Assembly: GCA_044369465.1 (NCBI GenBank) | Contig: JBILXG010000001.1 | Span: 1 to 32,941, forward strand | Source of the DNA: Candidatus Planktophila sp. | GTDB lineage: Bacteria; Actinomycetota; Actinomycetes; Nanopelagicales; Nanopelagicaceae | DNA length: 32,941 nucleotides | Direction of reading: 5' to 3' | Part shown: piece by piece, positions 18,105 through 27,334 of the stretch | How positions within the stretch are numbered: position 1 is the stretch's first letter | Layout of the letters: every line of letters begins with the position of its first letter | Position numbers and translations under genes: made by a program | Notes under the pieces: model-generated | Told to the model about the DNA's origin: nothing | The model's database searches: none | Seen by the model: only the letters and a program-made list of their open reading frames with translations

Positions 18105-19231
18105 TGTCCCTTATTGAACTCAAAGGAATGACGTGGGATCACGAACGCGGTTTGGATTGTCTCGTTCAATCCAATGATCTCCTTATCCAAAAGTGTGGCA
18201 TCTCAATTAAGTGGGATGCTCGTTCACTTTTAGCCTTCGGGGACCAACATATCTCTGAGTTCTATAGCGATTATGACCTTATGGTGATTGATCATCCGCA
18301 TGTGCCAGATGCGGTTCATGCCGATGCCGTTATCGCTTTTGAAGATCTCACAACACCATCGCAGCTAGATCTTTTGGAAGCGACAAGTGTTGGACGATCA
18401 CACGATTCATATCTCTATAAGGGAAAGCATTGGGCACTTGCTATTGATACTGCAGCACAGGTTAGTGCATTTCGTCCCGACAAGGCAGATCGATCACCAG
18501 TCTTTTGGTATGAAGTCTTTGAACTTGCAAAGAAGAAAGAGTTACTCTGGGCGCATAAGCCGGTAGATGCATTTAGTACCTTTGCAACGCTGATGGCTCA
18601 GAAAGGCCATCCACTCCAAGGCAACGCTACTTATATTGATCAAGGCATGGCGCTAGAAGTCCTTGAATTTATGGTCGAGCTAGCCAGCCTTGTTCCAGAT
18701 TTTTGTGCAAAGAGCAATCCGATTGAGATTGCTGAAGTCTTAAGTGGTACCGATGACTATGCCTACGGCATCTGCATGTATGGCTATAGCAATTACTCAC
18801 GTGCGGGTTTCCGAAAGAACGTTTTGATATACGACGATCTTCCTTCATTTGATGGGCGTGCCACCGGATCGCAACTTGGCGGAGCTGGCATTGCTGTTTC
18901 AACTCGGAGTAAGAATCCAAAGGCAGCTGCAGAGGCTGCGCTTTTACTTTCCATGCCAGAGATTCAGGCAACCACGTATGGCCTTGGTGGGGGACAGCCA
19001 GGAAACCTCATCGCTTGGAAAGATCACGTTCTTAATGGAGTGAGCCAGAATTTCTTTAGAAATACTCTGCGCACCCTTGAGAATGCGTGGGTTCGCCCTC
19101 GCGTCCTAGGTTGGCCAGATGTTCAGTTCCAGAGCTCACTTGTGATTCATAAGTGTTTGGTTGAAAAGAAAGTCACCAAGAAAGATGTCGAAGAGATCGC
19201 ATCTATGTACCAGAAGCATGTGAAGGAATAG
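18104..19231 (+). CDS. Solute-binding-protein-fold protein without a signal peptide
   Basis: LKGMTWDHERG, YDLMVIDHPH, WALAIDTAAQV, YGYSNY and LGGAGIAVS resemble the family-1 SBP fold; no hydrophobic N-terminus or lipobox. Confidence 0.75.
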   Translation: MSLIELKGMTWDHERGLDCLVQSNDLLIQKCGISIKWDARSLLAFGDQHISEFYSDYDLMVIDHPHVPDAVHADAVIAFEDLTTPSQLDLLEATSVGRSHDSYLYKGKHWALAIDTAAQVSAFRPDKADRSPVFWYEVFELAKKKELLWAHKPVDAFSTFATLMAQKGHPLQGNATYIDQGMALEVLEFMVELASLVPDFCAKSNPIEIAEVLSGTDDYAYGICMYGYSNYSRAGFRKNVLIYDDLPSFDGRATGSQLGGAGIAVSTRSKNPKAAAEAALLLSMPEIQATTYGLGGGQPGNLIAWKDHVLNGVSQNFFRNTLRTLENAWVRPRVLGWPDVQFQSSLVIHKCLVEKKVTKKDVEEIASMYQKHVKE

Positions 19232-19234
19232 TCG

Positions 19235-19672
19235 ATGCAACAACTCTTTGATCAGTACGCTCTTGAGTCATCGCGTACCAGCACTGGTCGCACGATCACT
19301 GAAGCCGACATTGTTCTGCATGCAGGGCAAACTGGTGATTTCTACCCTCATCACATGGATGCCGAGTGGTGCAAAACCCAGGAGTTTGGCCAGCGAGTAG
19401 CGCATGGAACTCTCATTCTTTCAGTGGCAGTAGGAATGCTCGCTGGTGAGATTAATGAGGCAGCCTTTAGTTATGGCTACGATCGTGTGCGTTTCATTGG
19501 ACCAGTATTTATCGGCGACACGATTACATCCAAGGCAACAATTGTTGCCAAGAAAGACCATGCCAAGAAGCCAGATGAGTACGGCATTGTCGATGAACAA
19601 GTCACCGTTACGAATCAACGCGGTGAGACAGTTATTGCATTTATCCACGTATATATGGTGAGGAAGAAATAA
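19235..19672 (+). CDS. MaoC-family (hotdog) dehydratase
   Basis: GRTITEAD...GDFYPHHMD (D-x4-H), AHG and [12 protein letters not shown]. Confidence 0.9.
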   Translation: MQQLFDQYALESSRTSTGRTITEADIVLHAGQTGDFYPHHMDAEWCKTQEFGQRVAHGTLILSVAVGMLAGEINEAAFSYGYDRVRFIGPVFIGDTITSKATIVAKKDHAKKPDEYGIVDEQVTVTNQRGETVIAFIHVYMVRKK

Positions 19673-20316
19673 TGCCTTGGAATCTAGACCCTCGCGTTCG
19701 TAGCGCAATGATCTCTGACTCACTCGATGTCGTCGGAGTTCGCAATAACGCGATGGATGTAAATGTGAGCGCGCTGCGCCCTGGAATGCGGGCAGCAGGA
19801 TTAGCCGCAACTGTGAAATTTGTTCCAGATAGCCAATACGACCAGAAGGATCCTTACGGAGCGGGGATTGATTTTCTCGATACCTTGCAGGTCGGTGAAA
19901 TTGCAGTTATTGGTACTGGCGGTGAATGTCTCTCAGCATTCTGGGGAGAACTTTTCTCTGCTGCAGCTAAGGGCCGTGGTGCTACAGGTGTTGTCGTAGA
20001 TGGTCCATTGCGCGATACCGAACAAGTTGTCGCCTTAGATTTCCCGGCATTTGGTCACGGATCACGTACTTATGATTACAAGGGACGCATGCGCATTGAG
20101 GCCATTCGCATCCCAATTATCTGTGGTGGCGTTGAAGTTCATCCTGGTGATGGTGTAATCGCAGATAGCGATGGAATAGTTGTTGTTCCGGCAGAGCATT
20201 TAGCGAAAGTAAGCGAACTTGCTAATGCACGCGCTGCAACAGAGAAGACAGTGTTAAAGGATTTGTTATCAGGTAAGAGCGTACGAGAGGTATGGAACGC
20301 CTACGGCGTTCTTTAG
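19672..20316 (+). CDS. RraA-like / HMG-CHA pyruvate aldolase family protein
   Basis: ISDSLD, AFWGEL, VDGPLRD and V.PGD.VIADSDGIVVVP. Confidence 0.85.
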   Translation: MPWNLDPRVRSAMISDSLDVVGVRNNAMDVNVSALRPGMRAAGLAATVKFVPDSQYDQKDPYGAGIDFLDTLQVGEIAVIGTGGECLSAFWGELFSAAAKGRGATGVVVDGPLRDTEQVVALDFPAFGHGSRTYDYKGRMRIEAIRIPIICGGVEVHPGDGVIADSDGIVVVPAEHLAKVSELANARAATEKTVLKDLLSGKSVREVWNAYGVL

Positions 20317-20331
20317 GAAAAGGAGAGAACC

Positions 20332-21192
20332 ATGGCAAGAGAACTCATCGATACACATCAACACCTCTGGGTGATGAGTGAGCGTGCATACAGCTGGATT
20401 GAGCCGGCATACGGCCCACTTTATGACGACTTTACGCCCGAACGTCTTGCACCAGAGATTCCAGCATCAGGAGTTACCGGCTCTGTCTTAGTACAGGCTG
20501 CTGATACCTACGATGACACTTTCTATATGCTCGATGTTGCCGCGCACTCCGATTTTGTTCAGGGAGTTGTGGGTTGGGTTCCCTTTGAGCGTCCCAATGA
20601 ATCACGGACAGCGTTAGAGACTCTTGCCAAGAATAAGTATTTCAAGGGTGTGCGTAATCTGACTCACGATTATTCCAATCCCAAGTATGAATCAGATGAT
20701 GCGTGGATTACTCGCCCAGCCGTACTTGAGACTTTGGCTTACGTTGAAAAGATGGGGCTGAGTTTTGATTATGTTTCGGTCAAGCCAGAACATACAAAGA
20801 ACATCGTGACGTTGGCTAAGAAGTTTCCTAAGCTCAAGATCGTTGTCGATCACTTTGCCAAGCCACCGATTGCGGCCAAAGAGATGGAGCCATGGGCATC
20901 ATCGATGGCTGAGATTGCAGCCTTCCCAAATGTGTATGCAAAGCTCTCAGGACTTAATACCGCCTCCGATCTTGCAAACTGGAGCGTTGCTGACTGGCAG
21001 CCATATGTGGATTTCATGGTTAAGACCTACGGCGCAAATCGTGTGATGATGGGTGGAGATTGGCCGGTTATCGTTCTTGGAAACACCTATGTTGAGATTT
21101 GGAAAGCCCAAGTTGAAGTGATCAGTGGCTATAGCCAAGAAGATCAAGACTGGATCACACATAAGACAGCTAAAGCTTTCTACAACCTCTAA
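20332..21192 (+). CDS. Amidohydrolase_2 family sugar lactonase (L-fuconolactonase-like)
   Basis: IDTHQHLW, VLVQA, GVVGWV, VVDHFAKP, AKLSGL and GDWPV. Confidence 0.85.
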   Translation: MARELIDTHQHLWVMSERAYSWIEPAYGPLYDDFTPERLAPEIPASGVTGSVLVQAADTYDDTFYMLDVAAHSDFVQGVVGWVPFERPNESRTALETLAKNKYFKGVRNLTHDYSNPKYESDDAWITRPAVLETLAYVEKMGLSFDYVSVKPEHTKNIVTLAKKFPKLKIVVDHFAKPPIAAKEMEPWASSMAEIAAFPNVYAKLSGLNTASDLANWSVADWQPYVDFMVKTYGANRVMMGGDWPVIVLGNTYVEIWKAQVEVISGYSQEDQDWITHKTAKAFYNL

Positions 21193-21219
21193 AGAATTCA
21201 CCAACCGAAAGGAATCATC

Positions 21220-21543
21220 ATGCAACGGTATGCATCAGTTATTGGAATGCCATATGAGAACCGTGAGGAGTACGAGCGCCTACACGCAGATGTCTGGCCT
21301 GAAGTGCTGGCAAAGATTGCCGAAGTAAATATCCAGAACTATTCCATCTACCGTTATGGTGAGCTGCTCTTCTCCTACTTTGAATATGTAGGTAGCGATT
21401 TCGATGCTGATATGGCGAAGATGGCAGCAGATCCAAAGACTCAAGAATGGTGGGATGTCTGTATGCCGTTGCAGCGCCCAGTCAGTGATCGCGCTGAGGG
21501 TGAATGGTGGGCATCAATTCCTGAGGTATTCCATGTCGACTAG
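21220..21543 (+). CDS. rhaM: L-rhamnose/L-fucose mutarotase (RhaM family)
   Basis: EY.RLHADVWPEV, I.NYSIY, LFSYFEY, WW and EVFH motifs; exact sugar uncertain. Confidence 0.85.
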   Translation: MQRYASVIGMPYENREEYERLHADVWPEVLAKIAEVNIQNYSIYRYGELLFSYFEYVGSDFDADMAKMAADPKTQEWWDVCMPLQRPVSDRAEGEWWASIPEVFHVD

Positions 21544-22711
21544 TTCGATAGATCGATCGCAACTTCCACTTAACGGAATTCTTGTTCTCGATTTCTCACA
21601 GTTTTTGGCAGGTCCTGTTTCGGCAATGCGCCTTGCAGATCTAGGTGCACGTGTTATCAAAATCGAACGCCCAGGTACTGGAGATATTGGCCGCACCCTT
21701 GCTTTTGCCGGTCTGGAAAAAGATGGGGATACGCTCTCTTTCCACATTATGAATCGCAACAAAGAAAGTTTCGCAGCAGACCTTAAGAATTCAAATAGCT
21801 TGAAAGAGGTCTGGGAGTTAGTGAAAAAGGCCGATGTCATCATTCAGAATTTTCGCCCCGGTGTGATCGAACGTCTTGGACTTGGATATGAAGATGTAAA
21901 GAAAGTTAATCCCGGAATTGTTTACGGAAGTGCAACCGGATACGGTGCAGAGGGTCCATTTAAGGATCGCCCAGGACAAGATCTCCTTGCACAATCAATC
22001 TCCGGCTTGCCGTGGCTCAACGGTCGTGCTGGAGATCCTCCGATTCCAGTAGGACTAGCTGTGGCAGATATCTTCACATCTACTCATCTTGCATCAGGAG
22101 TAATTGCACTCCTCTTGCGTCGCGAACGCACAGGCGTTGGTGGAATGGTGGAGTCAAGCCTTCTTGAATCAATGCTTGACCTGCAATTTGAATTAATCTC
22201 TGCCAACCTCTTTGATCCAAGCGTTGTCGTCAATCGTGGTGCTGGAAATTCTGCACATGCATTCTTGCCAGCACCGTACGGTCTCTATAAGACCAGTGAT
22301 GGCTATCTTGCAATTGCAATGACTCCAATCCCTGCACTTGGCGCACTGCTTGGCATAAACCTTGATGAGTACGAGGATCCAAAGTCATGGTGGAGCCATC
22401 AAGAAGAGATTATGAAAAAGTTGAGTGCAAAGCTTGAGACAAATACTACTGAGCACTGGTTAGCGATCTTGGATGCAGCAGATATCTGGTGCGCACCTGT
22501 ATTGACGCTGCCAGAGCTTGTCTCTCACGAGGGATTTGCAGCGATAGATATGACTCAGAAGACCACGCGCACAGGACGGGATGGGTCAGAGATTTCGATT
22601 CCGACTACGCGCTCACCTGTACGTATTGATGGCAAGACCATTAAGCATTCAAAGGGTGCACCACACGTCGGTGAAGATACCGAGAAGATTCGCAAAGAGT
22701 TCGGGATATAG
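21533..22711 (+). CDS. Class III CoA-transferase (CaiB/BaiF family)
   Basis: [41 protein letters not shown], catalytic Asp in VAD, and AP.VGEDT. Start ATG 21533 follows GAGGT. Confidence 0.93.
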   Translation: MSTSSIDRSQLPLNGILVLDFSQFLAGPVSAMRLADLGARVIKIERPGTGDIGRTLAFAGLEKDGDTLSFHIMNRNKESFAADLKNSNSLKEVWELVKKADVIIQNFRPGVIERLGLGYEDVKKVNPGIVYGSATGYGAEGPFKDRPGQDLLAQSISGLPWLNGRAGDPPIPVGLAVADIFTSTHLASGVIALLLRRERTGVGGMVESSLLESMLDLQFELISANLFDPSVVVNRGAGNSAHAFLPAPYGLYKTSDGYLAIAMTPIPALGALLGINLDEYEDPKSWWSHQEEIMKKLSAKLETNTTEHWLAILDAADIWCAPVLTLPELVSHEGFAAIDMTQKTTRTGRDGSEISIPTTRSPVRIDGKTIKHSKGAPHVGEDTEKIRKEFGI

Positions 22712-22724
22712 ACGGGGGAGTCAG

Positions 22725-23258
22725 ATGAAGAATCCAAATCCAGATCAAGGTAAGCGATACGAGGTTCCAGTATGGAATCAAGATGTCAAACTTTACGAGG
22801 ATTACCAAGTAGGAGAAGTCGACCGATCTTTACGTCGCACGATCTCTGAAGGTGAAGTGATGCTCTTTAACTCACTGGTTTTGGATATGCATCCTTATGT
22901 GGGGGATGACATCTGGGCACGCGAGCACGGCCTCTTTAAAAAGCGTCTAGTGCCAGGTGCGATGGTATTTAGCTATGGCCTAGGCCTCTTTGCCCATAAC
23001 AACGTCAACACTTTTAGTTATGGCTACGACAAGTTACGTTTCATTAAGCCAACATTTATCGGTGACACTATCTACGGTATGCGCACACTTCTTGAGAAGA
23101 CACCTAAGTACGAGAACATGGGTCTCTTTAAAGTAAGCTATGAAATCTTTCGCGCAGATAATGAAGAACTCGTTCTCTACACAGAGCATCTACAGACTGT
23201 TCTGTATCGCACCTCTCAGGCAGAGAACCTCAAAGCAGAAGGAAAAGATCAGCCATGA
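22725..23258 (+). CDS. Second MaoC-family hotdog protein
   Basis: [15 protein letters not shown] and [20 protein letters not shown]. Start ATG 22725 follows GGGGGAG. Confidence 0.88.
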   Translation: MKNPNPDQGKRYEVPVWNQDVKLYEDYQVGEVDRSLRRTISEGEVMLFNSLVLDMHPYVGDDIWAREHGLFKKRLVPGAMVFSYGLGLFAHNNVNTFSYGYDKLRFIKPTFIGDTIYGMRTLLEKTPKYENMGLFKVSYEIFRADNEELVLYTEHLQTVLYRTSQAENLKAEGKDQP

Positions 23259-24331
23259 TTGAGCAATTTCAAGTAATCGCCGATGCAGTACGCCTTGAAG
23301 TAAAGCCTGAGCACCGTAAGAAGATTGGTATCTGTGGAGCAGGCGGAATTGTTGATGGTGCGCACCTTCCCGCATATACAAAGGCCGGCCTTGAAGTCGT
23401 AGCAATTTTTGATACCGATAATGCAAAGGCGAAAGATGTTGCAGCGCGCCATGGAATTCCAAAGGTCTATGCAACTCTTGCCGAGCTATTGGCAGATCCG
23501 CAGGTGGAGATAGTTGATATCGCAGTCCCTGCAGCTGCTCAGCCAGAAATTTTCGCTCAGGTTGCTGCTGCTAAAAAGCACATTCTCGCTCAGAAGCCAT
23601 TTGCAACAACTGTTGCAGCAGGTGAATTGATGGTCAAGCAGGCTAAAGATGCTGGAATTGTTGCAGCCGTTAATCAGCAACTTCGCTTTGAAGAAGGTGT
23701 TGCAGCCGCGCATAAGATGGTCGAACTCGGCTGGATTGGCACGGTTAGTAATTTTTCAATTAACGTCAATCTCATGACCCCGTGGGAACTCTGGCCGTGG
23801 GCGAAAGACCTTGAGCGCCTTGAAGTCATGTTGCACTCAATTCACTATCACGATCTGATTCGTTGGTTCTTAGGCGATGCTAAGACTGTCTTCTGCGCAG
23901 CAGGACGCACCGCTGGGCAATTTCCAATTGGTGAAACTCGTACGATTTCTACCGCGCTCTATAACAGTGGCGTGACATCTGTCGTACATGCAAACCACGT
24001 TAATCGCGGCGGCGATAACTATGCCGAATATCGCATTGATGGAGATAAGGGATCGATTCGTGGAACTCTCGGATTGCTCTATGACTATCCCAACGGTCGC
24101 GTAGATACGATTGAGATTAATTCTTCCGTCGTTCCAACAGATGGTTGGCTTCCATATCCAGTAACAACTCGTTGGTTCCCCGATGCATTCATCGGAACTA
24201 TGGGATCTGTGATGGAGAGTATTTCTACCGGTGCAGCGCTTCGCTCATCCGTTGCCGAGAATGTAGGAACTCTGAAGATGGTTGAAGCTCTCTACAAATC
24301 TATGGATTCAGGAAAGTCAGTTGACCTCTAG
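23255..24331 (+). CDS. Gfo/Idh/MocA-family sugar oxidoreductase
   Basis: GICGAGGI Rossmann motif, VDIAVP, QKPF, NQQLRF and HSIHYHD. Confidence 0.9.
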   Translation: MIEQFQVIADAVRLEVKPEHRKKIGICGAGGIVDGAHLPAYTKAGLEVVAIFDTDNAKAKDVAARHGIPKVYATLAELLADPQVEIVDIAVPAAAQPEIFAQVAAAKKHILAQKPFATTVAAGELMVKQAKDAGIVAAVNQQLRFEEGVAAAHKMVELGWIGTVSNFSINVNLMTPWELWPWAKDLERLEVMLHSIHYHDLIRWFLGDAKTVFCAAGRTAGQFPIGETRTISTALYNSGVTSVVHANHVNRGGDNYAEYRIDGDKGSIRGTLGLLYDYPNGRVDTIEINSSVVPTDGWLPYPVTTRWFPDAFIGTMGSVMESISTGAALRSSVAENVGTLKMVEALYKSMDSGKSVDL

Positions 24332-25124
24332 TACACCTCTTCCACTCTTTCATTTAGAGGGAAAGGTCGCAGTAATTACTGGAGGCAATGGTGGAATCGG
24401 CTTAGGTTGTGCCCGAGGGCTGGCGCGAGCTGGTGCAACGATAGTTATCTGGGCGAGAGATGCAGCAAAGAACGCCGCAGCAAAGAGTGAACTCGAGGCA
24501 CTTGGCGCTACAGTCATCACACTTGAAGTAGACGTCACCGATCGCAGCGCAGTTGAGAGCGCGACCGCTCGCACAATAGAACTCTGTGGCGGGATAGATA
24601 TTCTCTTTGCTAATGCTGGCGTCAATATTCGCATGCGCCCTGAGGAGTACACCGAAGATATTGTTGATCAGATCATCGATGTGAATCTCAAGGCGGTATT
24701 TCACTGCTGTCAGAGCGTCTATCCATCAATGACTGCGCGTGGCGGCGGCAAGATCATCTTGATTGGATCCCTTACAAGTGTGCAAGGTCTTGGCATCGCA
24801 CCTGTTTATTCAGCGACAAAGGGAGCGGTAGTCCAGTTAGCCAAGAGTTTGGCTGCTGCTTGGGGAGCGCAGAATATTCAAGTTAACACAATTTTGCCGG
24901 GTTGGATTGTTACTGAGATGACTTCTATAACCCGTGCAATTCCTGGCTTACCTGAACACGTCTTATCGCGTACACCTGCGGGCAGATGGGGAAGTCCAGC
25001 TGATTTTGAAGGTATCGCAACATTCTTTGCATCGAGTGCAAGTGACTTTGTGACAGGAACCGATATTCAAATCGACGGTGGATTTACAAGCACCCTTGCA
25101 ATCTTTGATCTACCGAAGAGTTAA
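24321..25124 (+). CDS. SDR oxidoreductase (KduD/gluconate 5-dehydrogenase-like)
   Basis: TGGNGGIG, NAG, YSATKG, PGWI.T and RTPAGRWG. Probable TTG start at 24321 after AGGAAAG. Confidence 0.85.
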   Translation: MTSSTPLPLFHLEGKVAVITGGNGGIGLGCARGLARAGATIVIWARDAAKNAAAKSELEALGATVITLEVDVTDRSAVESATARTIELCGGIDILFANAGVNIRMRPEEYTEDIVDQIIDVNLKAVFHCCQSVYPSMTARGGGKIILIGSLTSVQGLGIAPVYSATKGAVVQLAKSLAAAWGAQNIQVNTILPGWIVTEMTSITRAIPGLPEHVLSRTPAGRWGSPADFEGIATFFASSASDFVTGTDIQIDGGFTSTLAIFDLPKS

Positions 25125-25127
25125 GAA

Positions 25128-25976
25128 TTAAGCGCGATACGCAACACAGTTATTTGAGATCTCGCCAATACCTTCGATGCCAGTCTTAACGGTATCCCCA
25201 ACGGCGAGATACGCAGGTGGCTTAAATCCAAGTCCCACACCAAATGGTGTGCCGGTATTGATGACATCGCCTGGGAATAACTCCATAAATTGGCTGATGT
25301 ACCAGACGATGTGATCTATACCGAAGAGAAGATCATCTGTATTTGAATCCTGCTTCATGACGCCATTGACACTGCACCATAGGCGCAGGTTACTTGCGTT
25401 AATTTCATCTCCCGTCACAATCTCAGGTCCAATTGGATTAAATGTTGGAAATGACTTTCCCTTTACCCATTGACCTGATCGTTCAATCTGCCAGTGACGC
25501 TCAGAGACATCTTGCGAGATTGTGTAACCAAGGATGTGGCTCTTGGAATCTGCTGGTGAGTTGAGATAGAGCGCGCGCTTTCCGATCACAATTGCAAGCT
25601 CTACCTCATAATCTGTAGCAAGACTCTTTGGTGGAATTACGATGTCATCATTTGGACCGACAACGCTATCGGGAGCTTTCATAAAGATGACAGGCTCTGC
25701 AGGAGTCTCTGCATTTGACTCTTTGATATGGGCCAGATAGTTAAGGCCAACACAAATTACTTTCGTGGGACGGTTAATTGGTGAACCAATACGAGTAGAG
25801 CCCTTAGCAACGCGAGGAAGTCCAGAGAGATCTGCAGCGGCAACTTTTGCCATCGCTCCATCTTCCAAGGTAGCGCGTGACCAATCGCCGATCAGCGAAT
25901 CAACAAGGATGTATTCATCGCCTTGTACGACGGCAGGTTTTTCTTGGCCGAGACTTCCGATTCGGGCTATGCGCAT
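25128..25976 (-). CDS. Fumarylacetoacetate hydrolase family protein, probable 2,4-diketo-3-deoxy-aldonate hydrolase
   Basis: CVGLNY, F.KAP, DYEVEL, DVSER.WQ...SGQWVKGK and TGTP.GVG. Confidence 0.88.
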   Translation of the reverse strand: MRIARIGSLGQEKPAVVQGDEYILVDSLIGDWSRATLEDGAMAKVAAADLSGLPRVAKGSTRIGSPINRPTKVICVGLNYLAHIKESNAETPAEPVIFMKAPDSVVGPNDDIVIPPKSLATDYEVELAIVIGKRALYLNSPADSKSHILGYTISQDVSERHWQIERSGQWVKGKSFPTFNPIGPEIVTGDEINASNLRLWCSVNGVMKQDSNTDDLLFGIDHIVWYISQFMELFPGDVINTGTPFGVGLGFKPPAYLAVGDTVKTGIEGIGEISNNCVAYRA

Positions 25977-25980
25977 TGAC

Positions 25981-27237
25981 TTACTTCCCTTCAGGTAGGC
26001 GGCCTAGGCCAGCATGAGTTTGCAATATCTGTACGTGTTTTGGTTCAAGTTCTTTCAGCGAATTCACTCCGAGCAGTTTCATCGTGCGCACCATCTCAGA
26101 TTGCATAATGGTCAGCATGCGCTCAACGCCTTCTTGTCCGCCCGCCATAAGTCCATAGAGGTAGGCGCGACCAACGTAGGCAAAGTCAGCACCAAGTGCC
26201 AGCGCTGCCAAAACATCCGCACCATGCATGATTCCGGTATCGATATGAATCTCAAGATCGTTTTTCAGTTCCTTCTTTACTTCAGCCAACATATGTAGCG
26301 GCACTGGCGCACGATCAAGTTGACGTCCACCGTGGTTACTCAAGATGATTGCATCAGCGCCATATTTAGCAGCGATCTTTGCATCCTCAACAGTCTGGAT
26401 GCCCTTAATCGAGAGCTTCCCATCCCATTGTTCGCGGATCCACTCAAGATCATCAAATGTCATCGTTGGGTCAAACATGAAGTCGAGGAGCTCGGCGACA
26501 GTACCTTCCCAGTTCTTCATCGATGCAAATGTGATCGCCGGTGTAGTCAGAAAGTTAATCCACCACTCTGGGCGAGGTGCTGCATCCAAAAGAGTTTTGA
26601 TAGTTAGGCGAGGAGGAACCGTTAGTCCGTTGCGAGCATCGCGCAGACGGGCACCTGCTGCAGGAACATCAACAGTGAGCATGAGATGTTTGACGCCAGC
26701 ATCTTGGGCGCGCTTGACCAGTTTCATGCTCGCTTCGCGATCTTTCCACATATACAACTGGAACCAATTAACACCATTTGGTGCGGAGTTGACTACATCT
26801 TCGATAGTTGTGGTTCCCAATGTAGAGAGCGTGAATGGAATTCCGAACTTCTCTGCCGCACGCGCACCAGCGATTTCACCTTCGGTATGCATCATGCGCG
26901 TGAAACCTGTTGGAGCGATTCCGAATGGCATCGCAAACTTTTCACCCAAAATCTCGCAACTGGTGTCAACGTTTTTTACATCGTGCAAAATATTTGGTCT
27001 AAATTCAAGATCGAGATAAGAGCGACGAGCACGCGCGAGAGTCACTTCAGATTCGGCGCTGCCATCGGTGTAATCAAATGGACCCTTAGGGGTACGGCGT
27101 TTGGCAATCAGGCGTAGATCCCAGACTGTGAGGGCTTTAGCAAGGCGACCTTTACGAGTTGGAAATTTCGGGAGGGTAAAGCGCAACAGGGGAGCTAATT
27201 CGCTCACCTTAGGGAATTGACGCTTCACATTCTTCAT
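25981..27237 (-). CDS. lldD: FMN-dependent L-lactate (alpha-hydroxy acid) dehydrogenase
   Basis: FDY, APTG, WFQLY, LTVD, KG, SNHGGRQLD and GRAYLYGL. Confidence 0.9.
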   Translation of the reverse strand: MKNVKRQFPKVSELAPLLRFTLPKFPTRKGRLAKALTVWDLRLIAKRRTPKGPFDYTDGSAESEVTLARARRSYLDLEFRPNILHDVKNVDTSCEILGEKFAMPFGIAPTGFTRMMHTEGEIAGARAAEKFGIPFTLSTLGTTTIEDVVNSAPNGVNWFQLYMWKDREASMKLVKRAQDAGVKHLMLTVDVPAAGARLRDARNGLTVPPRLTIKTLLDAAPRPEWWINFLTTPAITFASMKNWEGTVAELLDFMFDPTMTFDDLEWIREQWDGKLSIKGIQTVEDAKIAAKYGADAIILSNHGGRQLDRAPVPLHMLAEVKKELKNDLEIHIDTGIMHGADVLAALALGADFAYVGRAYLYGLMAGGQEGVERMLTIMQSEMVRTMKLLGVNSLKELEPKHVQILQTHAGLGRLPEGK

Positions 27238-27267
27238 TACCTAGCTCCACTCGTCGCGAATATTTGG

Positions 27268-27283
27268 AAATCCTATACGATTT
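27268..27283. promoter_or_regulatory. Putative GntR operator AAATCCTATACGATTT upstream of the lldD-FAH operon
   Basis: The core ATCCTATACGAT (27270-27281) is identical to the site at 2008-2019. Confidence 0.7.
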
Positions 27284-27334
27284 TTTGCCCACATTCCAGA
27301 GTAATCAGCGGCAATCCTTCGCTAAGGTGCGAAC

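Noticed and set aside
21404-22724. Upstream extensions of the CoA-transferase (21404) and MaoC-2 (22581) ORFs
   Set aside because: They overlap upstream genes; RBS-supported ATGs lie at 21533 and 22725.
26345-27019. 224-aa antisense ORF opposite lldD, and similar shadow ORFs opposite ppdK, dinG and others
   Set aside because: They lie entirely within well-supported genes on the other strand, have no recognisable motifs, and are consistent with codon-bias shadows.
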